Assembly: GCF_009914755.1 (NCBI RefSeq) | Contig: NC_060938.1 | Reading direction: 5' to 3' (one strand) | Source of the DNA: the human T2T-CHM13v2.0 reference genome, Homo sapiens | DNA length: 64,000 nt | Part shown: piece by piece, positions 28,425-52,071 of the stretch | How positions within the stretch are numbered: the first letter of the stretch is position 1 | How the letters are laid out: every line of letters begins with the position of its first letter | Notes under the pieces: model-generated | Databases searched by the model: none | Told to the model about the DNA's origin: nothing | Seen by the model: the letters and a program-made list of their open reading frames with translations, nothing else | Translations under genes and position numbers: made by a program

Positions 28425-29564
28425 AGAAGAGGGTTAAAATGAAATATTCTTATTCCTACTTAAAAGACAGGGAAACCAAACAGATGTGTGCCAAGCTACC
28501 ATGTGTTGAGGTGACCAAATAAGACAACAAGCCAAACTGAAAATAACAATCAATTCATTTGTTGTGACAGTGCAGGCAAGAGTCAAAAGAGAAAGGCATT
28601 GGCTCCCTAGTGTTTTTTCCCAATAGAACAGTGCCAGGCAATAGTCAAATGGAAGCACAGGTAAGGAAAATCATTTCATTACCAAGGAGCCCCAAACAAA
28701 AGATTCCTGCTTTTTATGGACTTATAGGGCCATGGAAAGAAAGTGGGAGAAGGACTAGGAGTGAAAAGGTCTGGAGTCAAAGTGGATAAAACTGTCTCAG
28801 CCAAGGCCCACAATAACAAGGTCTCAGCAAAGGTGCCTGGGAAGTGTCTCAAGAGAGGCCCCAGTCAAGAGGCTTCTGAATGGAGGTGCCTGAGCTGGGA
28901 ATGCAGTTATGCATACTAGCATTGCAGCTCAAAGGGGCCTAGGTCCTCAACTGCAACTCCCTCCAGAAAACTACAAGGCACTGGTGGTACAACAAGTCAG
29001 ATGTGGGGAGAGCAGCTTCTCCTATGAGGCCTGCCATGCATCACCTTGTAATTGCCTGTGGAGGGCCTGAAAGATCACACATGGGACTGAGTCCTGGACC
29101 CACACTCCAAGAATATCCATATCTGATAATAAATGGAGGTGGATTCAGGTGTCCTGCATGCCAATCTGCCAAAAGCCATACATTGTGAATAAAAAGCATA
29201 AGGGAATGCTTTGGCTTAATGTCAGGCAATTTCTAGGGGCACTGGCTATTTTGATTTTATATATCTGGGAAGCAAAGACCAAACATCAGACCCAGGGCTT
29301 GGGTACAGAAAAGAGAAACTGAAATTTTCTTTTTCATTTCCTAACTCTGCTGATTCCCTACCCGTCAGACTTTGAAAAGAAAAATAAAGGAAAAAAGAAT
29401 GGGGCTCTGAAAATATTTGACCTTCCTCAGTCCTGTCAGCATTCACTGTGTCAGTCTTCACCACAGGAAAAGTAGGCAGCAGCACATACTGTGTAATTTC
29501 AGAGTGCTGGCAAGAGTCTCCACCGTCTGCCTTGGAGGCAACTCATAGCTCAGATATCTCTTAA

Positions 29565-29885
<321 letters not shown>

Positions 29886-30121
29886 GTGTCCCCAGTTTTC
29901 ATTCTTACTACCTCTCACTTAGGTTATTGTAATAGACTCCTGATTACTATCCCTGCTTCTGGTTTATTTCTCCCACCAGAATATCTGTCAAGCAATAAGA
30001 GATATAGAACTGGAACTTCTTTAGAAGTTAGTTGTGTAGAGGTGGTAATTGAAACCCATTAGGAAGGAACAAGCTCTCCTAGACAGGGGTGTAGCCTTAG
30101 AAACAAACAAACAACTTTTCC

Positions 30122-30420
30122 TTTTTTTTTTTTTTTCTGAGATAGTGTCTCACTTTGTCACCTAGGTTACAGTACAGTGGCACAATCATGGCTCACAGCA
30201 GCCACAACCTCCCAGGCTCAAGCAATCCTCCCACTTCAGCCTCCTGAGTAGCTGGGACTACAGGCATGCACCATCATTCCAGGCTAACTTTAAAAAAAAA
30301 ACTGTAGAGATGGATTCTCACTATGTTGCCAGGCTGGTCTCAAACTCCTGGACTCAAGGAATTCTCCTACCTTGGCCTTCCAAAGTGCTGGGATTACAGG
30401 CTTGAGCCACTGCTCCTGCC
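30122..30420 (-). mobile_element. AluJ
   Basis: Diverged full dimer. Confidence 0.88.
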
Positions 30421-30749
30421 AAAAATTTCCCTACCAGTGAATGAGGGGCATACCCATTTGTTTATTTGTTCGAAAATTAATCATTGTGAATATTTATTAT
30501 TATACAATTACTATACTCTAGGCATTAAAATATTCTACCTAGAAAATAATGAGGGCAACGAGGTGGGGTTTTCAGCAATGGTTTCACATACAAGATGACA
30601 TTTGAGAGAGAACAAGAAAGGAGAAAGGAAGAGGAAAAGAAATATGTGAGCATAAAGCATCCCGACATATTCAAAGTTTTGCAAGCATTTCCCTATGTTT
30701 GGATACTGGGGGTATCTTAATCCATTTTGTGCGGCTTCAACAGAATATC

Positions 30750-32700
30750 AATAATAGTGGAGGACTTCAACATCCTACTGACAGCACTAGACAGATCACT
30801 GAGGCAGAAAATCAATGAAGAAACTCTGGATTTCAACTGGACTCTAGACCAAATGGACCTAATAGACATCTAAAGAACATCCTATCCAACAACCATAGAA
30901 TTTGCGTTCTTCTCATCTCTACACAGAATATTTTCCCAAATTGACTATATGTTTGGCTACAAAGCAAGTATCAATAAATTAAAAAAAAACTAAATCATAT
31001 CAAGTATCTTCTTAGATCATAGTGGAATAAAATTAGAAATCAATAGCAAGAGGAACTTTCAAAACTACACAAACTTGGAAGCTAAACCACTTGCTCCTGA
31101 ATGACTTTTGGGTAAACAATTAAACTGAGGCAGAAATTTTAAAAAATCTTCAAAAGAAATAAAAATAAAGATACAATATACCAAAACCTCTGGGATAGAG
31201 GAAAAGCAGTGTTAAGTGGAAAGTTTATAGCATTTAATGTTTACATCAAAAGATAGAAAGATCTCAAATTAATAACCTAATGTCACACCTCAAGGAAGTA
31301 GAAAAACAAGAACAATTCAAAGCTAGTGGAAGAAAACAAAGATGAGAAAGGAACTAAATGAGATCAAGACCAATAATATGACACAAAAGATAAACAAAAC
31401 AAAAAGCTAGTGTTTTGAAACGATAAGCAAAATTGATAGACTTCTAGTTAAACAAGAAAAAACAAGAGAAGATTCAAATAAATGCAACCAAAAATGTGAA
31501 AAGTGGTATTACAACTGATATCGCAGAGATAAAAAAGATCCTCGTAGAGTACTATGAACACCTTTATGTACACAAACTAGAAAACCTAGAGGAAATTGAT
31601 ACATTCCTGGAAACATACAACCCTCCAAGATTGAACCAGGAAGAAATAGAAACCCTGAACAGACCAATAATGAGTAATGACATTGAATCAGTAATTTTAA
31701 ATTCTAACAAAAAATCTCCATCCAGGACCAGATGGATTCACAGCCGAATTCAACAAGATATAGAATTAACCTAAATGTCCAATAACAAATGAATGGATAA
31801 AGAAAATGTGAAGGCCGGGCGCAGTGGCTAACACCTGTAATCCCAGCACTTTGGGAGGCTGAGGCGGGTGGATCACAAGGTCAGGAGTTCAAGACCAGCC
31901 TGGCCAACATGGTGAAACCCCGTCTCTGCTAAAAATACAAAAAAGAAAAAAAAAAAATTAGCCGGGCGTGGTGGTGGGTGCTTGTAATCCCAGCTACTCG
32001 GGAGGCTGTGGCAGAGAATGGCTTGAACCCATGAGGCGGAGGTTGCAGTGAGCCAAGATGGTGCCACTGCACTCCAGCCTGGGTGACAGAGCAAGAATCC
32101 ATCTCAAAAACAAAAAAAAAAAAAAAAAGAAAAAGAAAAAGACAATGCGGTATATAGACACAATGGAATATTATTCAGCCATAAAAAAGCATGAAATCTT
32201 GTCATCTGTGATGACATAGATGAACCTGGAGGACATCATGTTAAGTGAAATAAGCCAGACACAGAAAGAGAAATATTGCATGGTTCATATGTGAAATCTA
32301 AAAAAAAAAAAAAAAAAAAAAAATTGGTATCATAGAAACAGCAGAACAGTGGTTACCACATACTGGGGAGAGAAATGAGGAAGGGAGGATAAGAGAGGTT
32401 GGTCAATAGGTATAAAGTTACGATTAGATAGAAGGAATAAATTCTAGTCATCTACTGCACAGTAGGGTGAATATGGTTAAAAGTAAAATATCGTATATTA
32501 TAAAATAGCTAGAAGAGAGGCTTCTGAATGATCTCACCACAAAGAAATGATAAATATATAAGGTGATGGATACATTAACTACTCTAATTGGATCATTCTA
32601 TAACATAAATAGGTATTGAAACATCAAAATAAACCTCATAAAAGTGTACAATAACAATATATCGATTAAAACAATAAATTTAAATTTTTTAATAAAATAA
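30750..32700 (+). mobile_element. L1 (L1PB/L1MA-like) with a large internal deletion and an AluS insertion at 31813-32140
   Basis: ORF2 endonuclease and linker remnant (ORF 31496..31774 ITTD...[15 protein letters not shown]) joined near 31760 to the ORF2 end and 3'UTR. Confidence 0.85.
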
Positions 32701-33169
32701 AAGGTATGTGTGTATGTGTGTGTTTGTGTGTGAATAAAAGCTCAAAGGCCAGGATTTTTGTCTGATATTGGGAATATGGTGCAACACATACTGTGACACA
32801 TTCAGTAAATAGTTCTTGGTGATTCAATGCAAAATAGTGGGTCAAATGTCATTTCTAAGTTTTCTCATGAGAATCTCAGTGACTTTGTAGGTTCTTGAAT
32901 CTGTATAAAATGAAAACTTTTGACATCTCAAGCTGTTGTTATAACCCAAGACTCATGCATCACGCACTTGGCTCACTCCCTCTTGTCTATAGGTTACATG
33001 CACCGGAGCATGTGATGGGATGATAATTCCCAATGATGAACTTGCAGGGAATGCAGGTCAAGAGAGAACTTCAGAATCTTTCCATTTCTGATTACATGTT
33101 AACATTACTAAGTGTGGCTTATTTAACCTTAAAAGCCCTGCAATATAAAAGGATATTTTTGTGTTATTA

Positions 33170-34100
33170 TTTATTCATTCATTCACAAAATAGTTATGAT
33201 ATAACCTCAAAAAATATTTATAATGTGCCAATCACTGTGCTGGGTGATGGAGAAATAGCAGTGACCAAGATAGACATAGTCTCAACATTTCAGTCTAGCG
33301 AGGGATACAGACAAAAACACTGATAAACCGTATTGTAATCAGAGCTATGAGGGAGGAAGCAGAGTAGTCTGAGAGCATGAGGAGAGGGTACTAAACACAT
33401 ACGGGAGAAAAGGGAAGGCTTCCTAGAGGAAGGGATGTTTAAGCAGAAACAATGAAAGACTAGTAGAAGTTAGCCAAATGAAAAGGAGAGGTAAGAAAAT
33501 GCAAGCAGAGGGAAGAGCATGAACCAAAGCCAAGAGGCAAGAGAGAAGAAGAAAATGGAAAATGTTCGGAATAGCTGGAACATCGAATATATGAGAAGAC
33601 TGGATGAGAGTAGATTGTCGCAGAAATCAGAAGTAAGATCATTGTAAACTATGCCAAGGAATTGAGAGCAGTGGGACACTAAAGAAAGATTTTAAGGAGG
33701 CAAGTGACAAGGAGGCAAGATTTCAATTTAGAAATGTGTTATCATAATCTAAGCCTGAAAAGATGATGACCTATGCTAAGTAAGTAACAGTAACAGTAAA
33801 AAGAAATGAACTAAAATGATAGATATTTAGGAGGTAGAATGGATAGGAATTGGCAAAAAACATGGGGTGAGGAGGAAAAGAATTCAAAATATCTAGCTTG
33901 GCAATTGGGTGATTTACTGAGATACAAAACAGTTGAAAGAGCAATTTGGAAAAGAGGGTAGAATAGTTGCATTTAGTTTTAGGTGTGTTGTGTTTGAAGT
34001 GCCAGTGGATCCTCCAAGTGAAGATGTCAACTGGACAAATATAACTAAGAAAAATCCATGAATCCCATATATAAACTTAGGAGTCCTAGCAGCCACTGAG
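33170..34100 (-). mobile_element. L2 LINE fragment
   Basis: attcattcattcacaaaata...cactgtgctgggtgatggagaaatagcagtga...ttgaagtgccagtggatcctccaagtgaagatgtc. Confidence 0.65.
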
Positions 34101-35061
34101 GAGATAGTGGAACACTGTGGTGGTTGAGTCAATAATATGAAAGGAAATCGGCTGTATAGACATTTTTTATTGTCTTGCTGTGGGCTTGAGTTAAAATACT
34201 TTTCTGATATCCTAGCCTTTCTTGCTAAATGAAGACTTCCCAAAACCTGGTGTTTATTACGAAGCAAGTCCTATCTGCCAAGCTCTTCTAGATGCTTTTC
34301 ATTCCACGCAGCTCACTATATCACTGAGTCCTCACTGTAATCGCTACACTGGGCTATATTTGAAAAAAGTGACTTAGAGAGAGTGGTAATGAAGGTTACC
34401 TTGTTTTTAAGAAACAACAGCAGCTGGCTTTTTAAGTGTTTGAACTAGGGTAATGCCCAAACCTCTCTTTTCTTTGCAGCTGCCACAGACACATAAATAG
34501 TCCCATGAACTCCCTTCTCTAATGCTAATTCATCACTGCAAAAAAATTAGGCATTCTTGCAGGGAAGAAGAGCCCAGCCCAGACTAGCATGGTGGCAAGC
34601 CCTTGCCTAAACGTAAGTTAGGTTGACCACAAAACTTCAGTGGGATTCCTTCAACACCACCTCCTCTACATCCCCCTGCCCCTACTTCCATTTTTAGGGA
34701 ACACTACAGTGTTTTTCTAGTTTGGCAGTAAATCTCTCTATGTCTCAGTTTTGACTAGATAGTAACCACTGATGTTAGGCTGATATTAAACTAAATAGAG
34801 ACAATATTCTCTCATGTAAGCCTAACAACAATGCTTTGAGAGGATACTGGAGCTTAGAGAGGTTAAATAGTGTTCCCAAGGTCACAGAGCCGATACTCTA
34901 ACAACAATGTTATCTTGGCTCCTTTTTTTTTAATCTTTTACTTGTGTCAGTGACAATACTTACCTCAACAATAACTAACTTGTGTGAAGTATTTACTATG
35001 CCCTAGAAATTCAATGAAAACACTTGACAAGGATTTTAGCATTTAATCCTCCCAACAGTTT

Positions 35062-35444
35062 TATTGTATTGTATTGTATTGTATTGTATTGTATTGTACT
35101 GTATTGTATTGTATTGTATTGTATTGTATTGTATTGTATTGTATTGTATTGTATTTTTTGAAACAGGGTCTCACTTTGTCACCCAGGCTGGAGTGCAATG
35201 GCACAAACATGGATTACTGCAGCCTCAACCTCCCAGGCTCAACTCATCCTCCTGCATCAGCCCTCTTAAATAGCTGGGACTACAGGCACAAGCCACCATG
35301 CCTGGCTAATTTTTTTGCATTTTTTGTAGAGATGGGGATTCATCATGTTGCCCAGGCTGGCCTCAAACTCCTGAGCTCAAGCAATCTGCCAACCTTGGCC
35401 TCCCAAAGTGCTAGGATTACAGGCATGAGCCACTGCACCCGGCC
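35062..35444 (-). mobile_element. AluJ with (TATTG)18 tail, inserted in a MIR
   Basis: Pentamer array 35062-35151; MIR halves on both sides. Confidence 0.9.
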
Positions 35445-36413
35445 AATTGTCCCCATTTTTAAGACAAGGAACCTCAAGCCTAGAGAAGTTGTCACCTGCT
35501 CAATGCACACAAGTGACAAGTGGTAGAACCAGGATTTGAATATGAAAAGTCTAACTTCAGAGACTTCACTGTACTTACCACACTTTGGCCTAGGTGACCT
35601 CTAAGGACCCTCTTCTCTTACTCACCCCCGGCCATCTATACAAAGATTCCGTGATGTGTTCCTGTACCAAGGTGGCTTATCACACTTCATTTCACATAAG
35701 ATATACTGCTAAAATTATGGCTTTGAATTATATATTGACTTTATAATATTAGGATATTTAAGTTTAGAAACTTTATATTCAACTTGGTTTAACAAGTTCT
35801 TTGGCCTAATCATTGGAAGTAGCTGAGAAGGAAGGGGCAGGTGAACCATCACAGGTTGGCTCAGGACCAAAATGAGGCAGAAAGGTTTATTTTTCAACCC
35901 TAAAGGTACAGGAAAAGGGCTGAGTCACCCCACACTCCCTAGCTAGATTCTGGAAAAATCTAGCACCTTTCCATACAGCAGAAGCCTCCTTTGCCAATGG
36001 CAGCCTCTGCTTCACCAAGCAGTATTCTATTGGCTCTTCTTTTGGCTCACAGAAGCATAAGCCTGGCTAGATTTCCTTGTTAGTGCTCAGGAAGAATTCC
36101 AAACCCCAGATATATTGGGACAAAAAAAAAAGAAAAATATTTCACCTTTCTCTGGCTTTTTTTTTTAACTGAAAGAGGATTGGTAAAGGAAGTAACCATA
36201 ATTTTTAAAAAAATATTTTAAATAAATCCTGAGCATGGTACTCCCCAAAGTCTCTAAGCTAATGGGTTAGACTAGAAAATGAACACTTGGCCTCTTTTTT
36301 TGTACTTTCCCTCTAACTGTCTGATAGGCCCCAATTCCCACAACAACTTTGAACTGCTCTTCAGCCCCACAATTCAGATCTAACAATTCTGATTCTGAAT
36401 TTTTCTTTAGACC

Positions 36414-36595
36414 TTCCCTCTCTTTTTCCACATACTAAGTTGGCTCTGATAATGCTATAAAGTAGTAGCATTCCTACTTTGTAATAGGAATGGAAAGGAA
36501 ATCTGGCCATATTCAGGAGCTCCATGATTATGAACCCATATTACAAAGTAGTAGCATTATCAGAGCCAACTTAGTATGTAGAAGAAGAGAGGGAA
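36414..36595. repeat. Inverted repeat (44-bp plus 13-bp arms) with loop duplicated at 37561-37615
   Basis: Arms 36414-36457 / 36552-36595 match 42/44; inner arms 36474-36486 / 36539-36551 match 13/13. Confidence 0.92.
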
Positions 36596-36742
36596 TTCAC
36601 TTTAAAACTTAAGTAACAGCCAACTTAAAACAATGCAGTCTCTTTACTTCTTAGCACAGAAAAGTACTTAATGAAGATAGAATGTATCTATCAACTAAGA
36701 CGCAACTTAGTTGCTGGCAAATACAAAGTAAAGAAAGACTTG

Positions 36743-37177
<435 letters not shown>

Positions 37178-37879
37178 CTAAACTTTTATTTACTAGAGGA
37201 GTTTAGAGAGCCCTGAGTTTCTGGTTTTGACAAGTCAGGTATTTTACATTCCTAGTGTAAGATTATCTGGTTCATGTAAGAGAGTTAAGAGGAAATGAAG
37301 CTGTATGTTCATCCTAGTTTTTTCTTTCTGTCCTACCCACCCTTGTGCCCAAATACCTTCCTCCTTGGCCCACACTCTAGTCCTGAGTTTACCAACAAAG
37401 TCTCAGCATCTCTACCTATGGGAGGGCTGGGGCAGAATGCAAGAACAGGGAATAAATAATGGATGATTAGCTTGGCTGGTGACAGACTGTTGGAGCACTA
37501 GCAGAATCTGCAGGAGTTCAGATGCAATTCTGCAGATCTGAAAACATCTTGGGTAAAAGAGAAGGGAAAGGAAATCTGGCCATATGCAGGAGCTCCATGA
37601 TTATGAACGCATATTCCACAGTTTTCACAGGGCAACCAGAGCTATCCCACACAATTCAAACATGTGTGGTAGTCAAGAGAGTGATTTGAGGAACATGGAA
37701 ATAGCCATCTGTTCAGAAAGAGGTCTCTATTGCTGGGTCTGAAATGCCCCTTTCACACATCAAACCTTGATGACATCCTAGTTTCAACATTAGGACACCA
37801 AAGGAACCACATTATACCATTCAGGTACTCAAATCCAAAGGGAATAGATGGAAAGACTTTAGCGGGAGGGAGTGTTGTC

Positions 37880-44788
<6,909 letters not shown>

Positions 44789-44855
44789 CTAAAATGCTTG
44801 ATAAGCCACAAAGTACTAGATGAACTTATGTCATTATGAATGTGGCACTCATACT

Positions 44856-46781
<1,926 letters not shown>

Positions 46782-46783
46782 TA

Positions 46784-47190
46784 CATCAGAAGTGATGATA
46801 TATCACTTCCAAGACTCAGTTTTAAAAGATTATGGATCTCTTAGATCTCTTGTTCTGGGGGAAGCTGGGTACCATATTGTGAGGACACTCAGGGCCTATG
46901 ATGCAGTAGATCATCAAGATGCCAAGATGTTCAGCCAATAGCCAGCAAGGAACAGAGGCTTGCCAACAATTACGTGACTGAGGCTGGAGCTGGAATCTCT
47001 TCTAGTGGAGCCTTCAGATAACGTCAGTCCTGGCCAACAGCTGGACTGCAACATCTTAAAATAACTTAGCCAAAACTACACAACTAAGAGACTCCTACAG
47101 AGACCATGAGATTGTTTGAAAATGATAAATGATATTTTAAGCTGCTAAGTTTGGGGGTAATGTGTTACACAGCTACAGATAACTAAGATA
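46784..47190 (+). mobile_element. MLT1 (MaLR) LTR 3' part
   Basis: ccagtggagccttcagat-like core; ends gctaagtttgggggtaatgtgttacacagc..agataactaa. Confidence 0.7.
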
Positions 47191-47710
47191 TCTCTCTAGC
47201 AATTCTGCAGGAAAAAAAGTAGTGTGATTGGCGGGATTGGGGGATTTAAAAAAGACTGCTAAAATGTTAAATGCTTGCTAATGGAAACCCAAGGTTACAG
47301 GATCAGAGTTTCATATAAATTTATGAGGAACAAGACAATGACCAAAAAAATCTACATATAACCAACAGCAGAGCCAGTCTTAGCACTTGGCCAAATAGGT
47401 GCTGCCAAGTAGATAGAATTTGAGAGTTAAAAGTTCCAATTACCCTTAATTAGCCTGAAATTTTACCATTAGAGATTAATGTCATTGAATCTTATAGCAT
47501 CAGGTCTTTAAAGTTCTCCTGGAAGGGATTATATCTTAAAATAGTATTTATAATAGGATTATGACAGAAGACAAAAATCTAACTAATGAATGGTTCATCT
47601 GAAGAGACTTTTGATACAAAGACTATTTATATAAGTGTGGGCATGGTTAAAGAAACCAAGAAAGAATGTTGAAGTATCCAGAGATTAGCAAGAGAGGGAA
47701 GATATTTTGG

Positions 47711-47910
47711 CAAAAAAAGAAGGAAGGAAGGAAGGAAGGAGGGAGGGAGGGAGGGAAGGAAGGAAGGAAGGAAGGAGAGAGAAAGAGAAAAGAAAGAAAG
47801 AAAGAGAGAGAAGAAGGAAGGAAATGAAAGAAAGAAAGAAAGAAAGAAAGAAGGGAAGGGAAGAAGGGAAGGGAAGGGAAGAAGGGAAGGGAAGGGAAAG
47901 AGAGAGAGAA
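47711..47910 (+). repeat. GA-rich polypurine tract (GGAA/GAAA/GGGAA)
   Basis: ~200 bp almost entirely purines. Confidence 0.95.
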
Positions 47911-48957
47911 ATAAATTGTATTACCAGAACCCATTAAGAGGTAGACTCAAGGAGGAAGGGCCCCCTTGTTATAATAGTGATAAAAAAATCGACCGCTGCC
48001 AAAACCTTGGTGCCAAAGCAGGGAGGAAGTGGGAAAAAAATGTTAATCTGTCTTCTCTCATCCTCCAGTCTCATGTTGGTGCCTCCCTTTTGCCAAAGCT
48101 GACGCTCAATAAGAGGGCAAAGAGCCCAGTTGGTGCAGAGGTCAACCTCCCAGGACATAAAGCCAACAGAAAAAACAGGGAATGGACAGCAGAGGGTGGC
48201 ACAGTGTTGGAGCATCTTTGGATTGGAGAGAATCAAAGATCATCCAGGATGATCATCCAGGCATTCTGCAGAGATCCTCTTTATTGCAGGAATAGCAAAA
48301 ACTCTAAGGGAGGCAAAAAGCATGACCTTTGGGGTAAGGCACACCTGCTTCCAAGCTGTGTGACCTTGGTCAAATTACCGAACCTCTGAAAACCTCAGGC
48401 TTCTTCTAAGTTGAGCCTCAGAATAACAACCTCATGGGTATGGGTGAAATTAAGTGATATACACAGAGGTGTGGAGACTGGCCTCTTCCCTGACAGGTAA
48501 GCTACTGACTTAGTTAAATATGAAAGATTTGATGCATCAGAGTCACACTGCAACCTAACTTTTCAACTAGTTAAGTGGTTCATCAAAACATCTTTGTTAC
48601 TACTTAAATAGCCATTGACTGAGGCCTGATGAAATACATTCTGATGCACTCATAAAAACACATACTATATAGCTATATTTCAAAACGTAGCAGTTCTGTA
48701 TACTGAAATATAGTGATTTCCAAGATAATAGTTATGATTGAAGATATATTACATTGAAAGCTAGAGAGACAGATAATCTCTATCTCTGGAGTGATACATA
48801 AAAAACAAGTAATAGTGGATGCCATTGGGAAAGATTTTGGAGGGCTGGGGCCAGGGGAGAAGGAACACATAGTATTTTTAATATATATTCCATTATATAG
48901 AATACTGTTTGAATTTTTTCCCATGTACCTATACTATCCTTAAAAAAAAATTAAAAA

Positions 48958-49245
48958 GGCCAGGTGCAGTGGCTCACGCCTATAATCCCAGCACTTTGGG
49001 AGGCAGAGGCAGGCGGGTCACTTGAGGTCAGGAGTTTGAGACCAGCCTGGCCAACATGGCAATACCCCATCTCTACTAAAAATACAAAAATTAGCCAGGC
49101 ATACTGGCACATGCCTATAATCCCAACTACTTGTGAGGCTGAGGTGGGAGGACCACTTGAACCCGGGAGTTGGAGGTTACAGTGATGACACCCCTGCACT
49201 GCAGCCTGGGGTAACAGGGTGAAACTCCACTTCAAAAAAAAAAAA
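48958..49245 (+). mobile_element. Alu (J/S)
   Basis: Full dimer, diverged right arm. Confidence 0.9.
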
Positions 49246-51353
49246 CCTTCCTTGACACCAAGAGTCTTTAGAGTTGGTGTCTTGTATTCTTCTATTTTTT
49301 CCATTTATTCCACAACCATTACAGAATGCTTGCTAATATATATACTAGGTGCTTGGCTACAAAAAGAATAAGACACAATCTCTGCTTTCAAATAGCTACA
49401 GTCTAGTTGTAAAGACAAAAAAGCAAGCAGATAACCATTATGCAGTGTAATGAGTATGGCTTATCTTATTTTCCTTATTTAAAATGTGAAGACATACACA
49501 CACATCCAATTCCACTTAAGCTCTTTTCCCACTGCAATTATCACATTCTAACAGCCTATGTAATTTATTTATTTATGATGTTTATTTTCAGTCTTCCCTC
49601 ATTCTACAAAGGTGACAATTTTTGCCTTTTTAATTCATTGATCTCCAACACCTAAAACGTGAAATATTTCAATAGAAGTTTGTTGAATGAATGTTGAATA
49701 AATAAGTGCTATGCAGTATAAAAGCATGAAAAGGGAGCTACCAGAACATAACAGAATGAACACCAACCTTGTATATGGAAGTCAGTGGGACTTCATAGTG
49801 GAAGTGACATTTGTGCCAGGTCTTTTGGCAAATCTGGGTGACTTTGACTGGAACACCTAATATTCTAAGAGCAAGCAAATGAGAAATACAGAAACATGAA
49901 ACATGTAGGAAACGGTAAGTACAAAGGCATAGAGATATAAGAATAGTACATCTGGAAAACTAAACATATGGCAATAAATATTAGTTGTTGGTAACTGTGT
50001 AAGCTGGGTGATAGGTTCTTAAAGATTCATTATGCTACTCTTTTTTGTGTGTATGTTTAAATTTGTCCATAATACAAAGTTAAGAATTAATAAACTGTTT
50101 TAATGAGTATAAAAGAATAGAAAAAAGAATTTCTCTCTTCCAATGTCTATATATATAAATCTCAGAGAAAGCTCTGATTGTCTCTACTTGGTCCATGTGC
50201 TTCTCCCTGAAACCAATCACTATGGTGTAGGAAGATAGAATAACATAATGGGCTCAAGCCTGGAATAGGTACTAGCAAGTCGGGGGGAGGTGACAGGGGC
50301 AGTGTAGGGAGCTAGAGGACACCATGATTGACAGTTCCACCCGACCACATGGAATAGGGGAAAGAAGAGTGTCCTAAGGAAGGTTGGTGGCTGATCCAAA
50401 TAAATATCATGGCCCCAAGGAGGGCTTCAACTGATACTGGAGATGAGGCAGTCAGAGAATGGATTGGGTGGCAGGAGACAATGGAGATAGGTAGAAAGGC
50501 CTTATTTTTCTAAATAAGGTCAGGCTGAATCAGGCTCTGGAATCATAGAGAAATTTGTTGTTGGGTTGGGGTTGTGAGCAGAAGGTAGAAAGAATGAAAA
50601 TATGAATCTCACATTAGCTACATCTGGACACAAAATACTCAAAAATCTCCTGCTTTCCCATAGAGGGATATTTGAAGATTGAATATGGATAACAACTTTT
50701 AATGAAAATGCTATAATTTTTCAGGTAAATTGTAATGTTTGATGCAATTAGAAAAACATCCCCAAAACAGCTTTGATTTGGTTGTCATGTGACCAAACCC
50801 TGAATAGCTTAGCTTAGTACAAAAGATATTCAAATACATGTCTCACATATGCTCAAGAGATTGAGCTGAAGGAAGAGACAAAGCAGCACAAGCCATCTGT
50901 TTAGAAGGTACGCAAGCTCCAGAGTGAGTGTGGAGAGAAAGGGGCCTCCAGTCTTCCAAGACCAGTGGGTAGCAGAAGAGTCAAAGACTCCAAGAGGCAG
51001 AAACAAGATCCAGAACTGGGGCAGACACAATGCTTGAAGCCTGTAAAGGAACATTGTGCCTTCTACTGTTGACCATACAAAGGTCTTTCCCTCAAAACAG
51101 TTCCACACACTTCTCTAGGAAATCTTCCAGCATATCTCAGCAGTAATGAGCTGTTCGCTAGTGGTGTGAGCATCCACAGGATTCACTGGTGTGTTCAAGG
51201 CTAGCTTGTCAGGAAACAAGAGACAGGTTTTGATGACATTGGGCCAAAGTACCATGAGTACTAGAAACTTGCCGTGTGGCCCAGTCATCTTTCTGCTTCA
51301 TGAGGTTCATGAAGAATCCATATATGCATGTGCCACTGACAGATGAGAAATTA

Positions 51354-51733
<380 letters not shown>

Positions 51734-52071
51734 TTAGAGCAAGCAGCCTATACTAAAGGCCTACAAGGGCCTTCGTCTCCCTATGACATACCAAAATCTC
51801 ACTTTCTTTCCTGCCACATTAGACAAGATGCAAGCAAAAAATGTACACTTAGCTATGCATTTGAGGAAGAAAAAACATGGCCAGATCCCAAGGGAAGGCC
51901 CTGATTCAGCTTACCTATTCCTGCTGCACTAAGAGAAAGCTGAATGGAGGTTCATAACTCTGTTCATGTTAAACATGGATCAATTGATTCCCTAGAATCT
52001 GGCCAATCTGTAAACAACCCCTCTCTGGGAAAAGGTGAAGATTAGGAAAGAAGGGAAGATACTGAGCCTCC

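Noticed and set aside
47916-48389. 157-aa ORF
   Set aside because: Non-ATG start, runs through decayed LTR/MIR-like sequence, no recognisable homology or splice context
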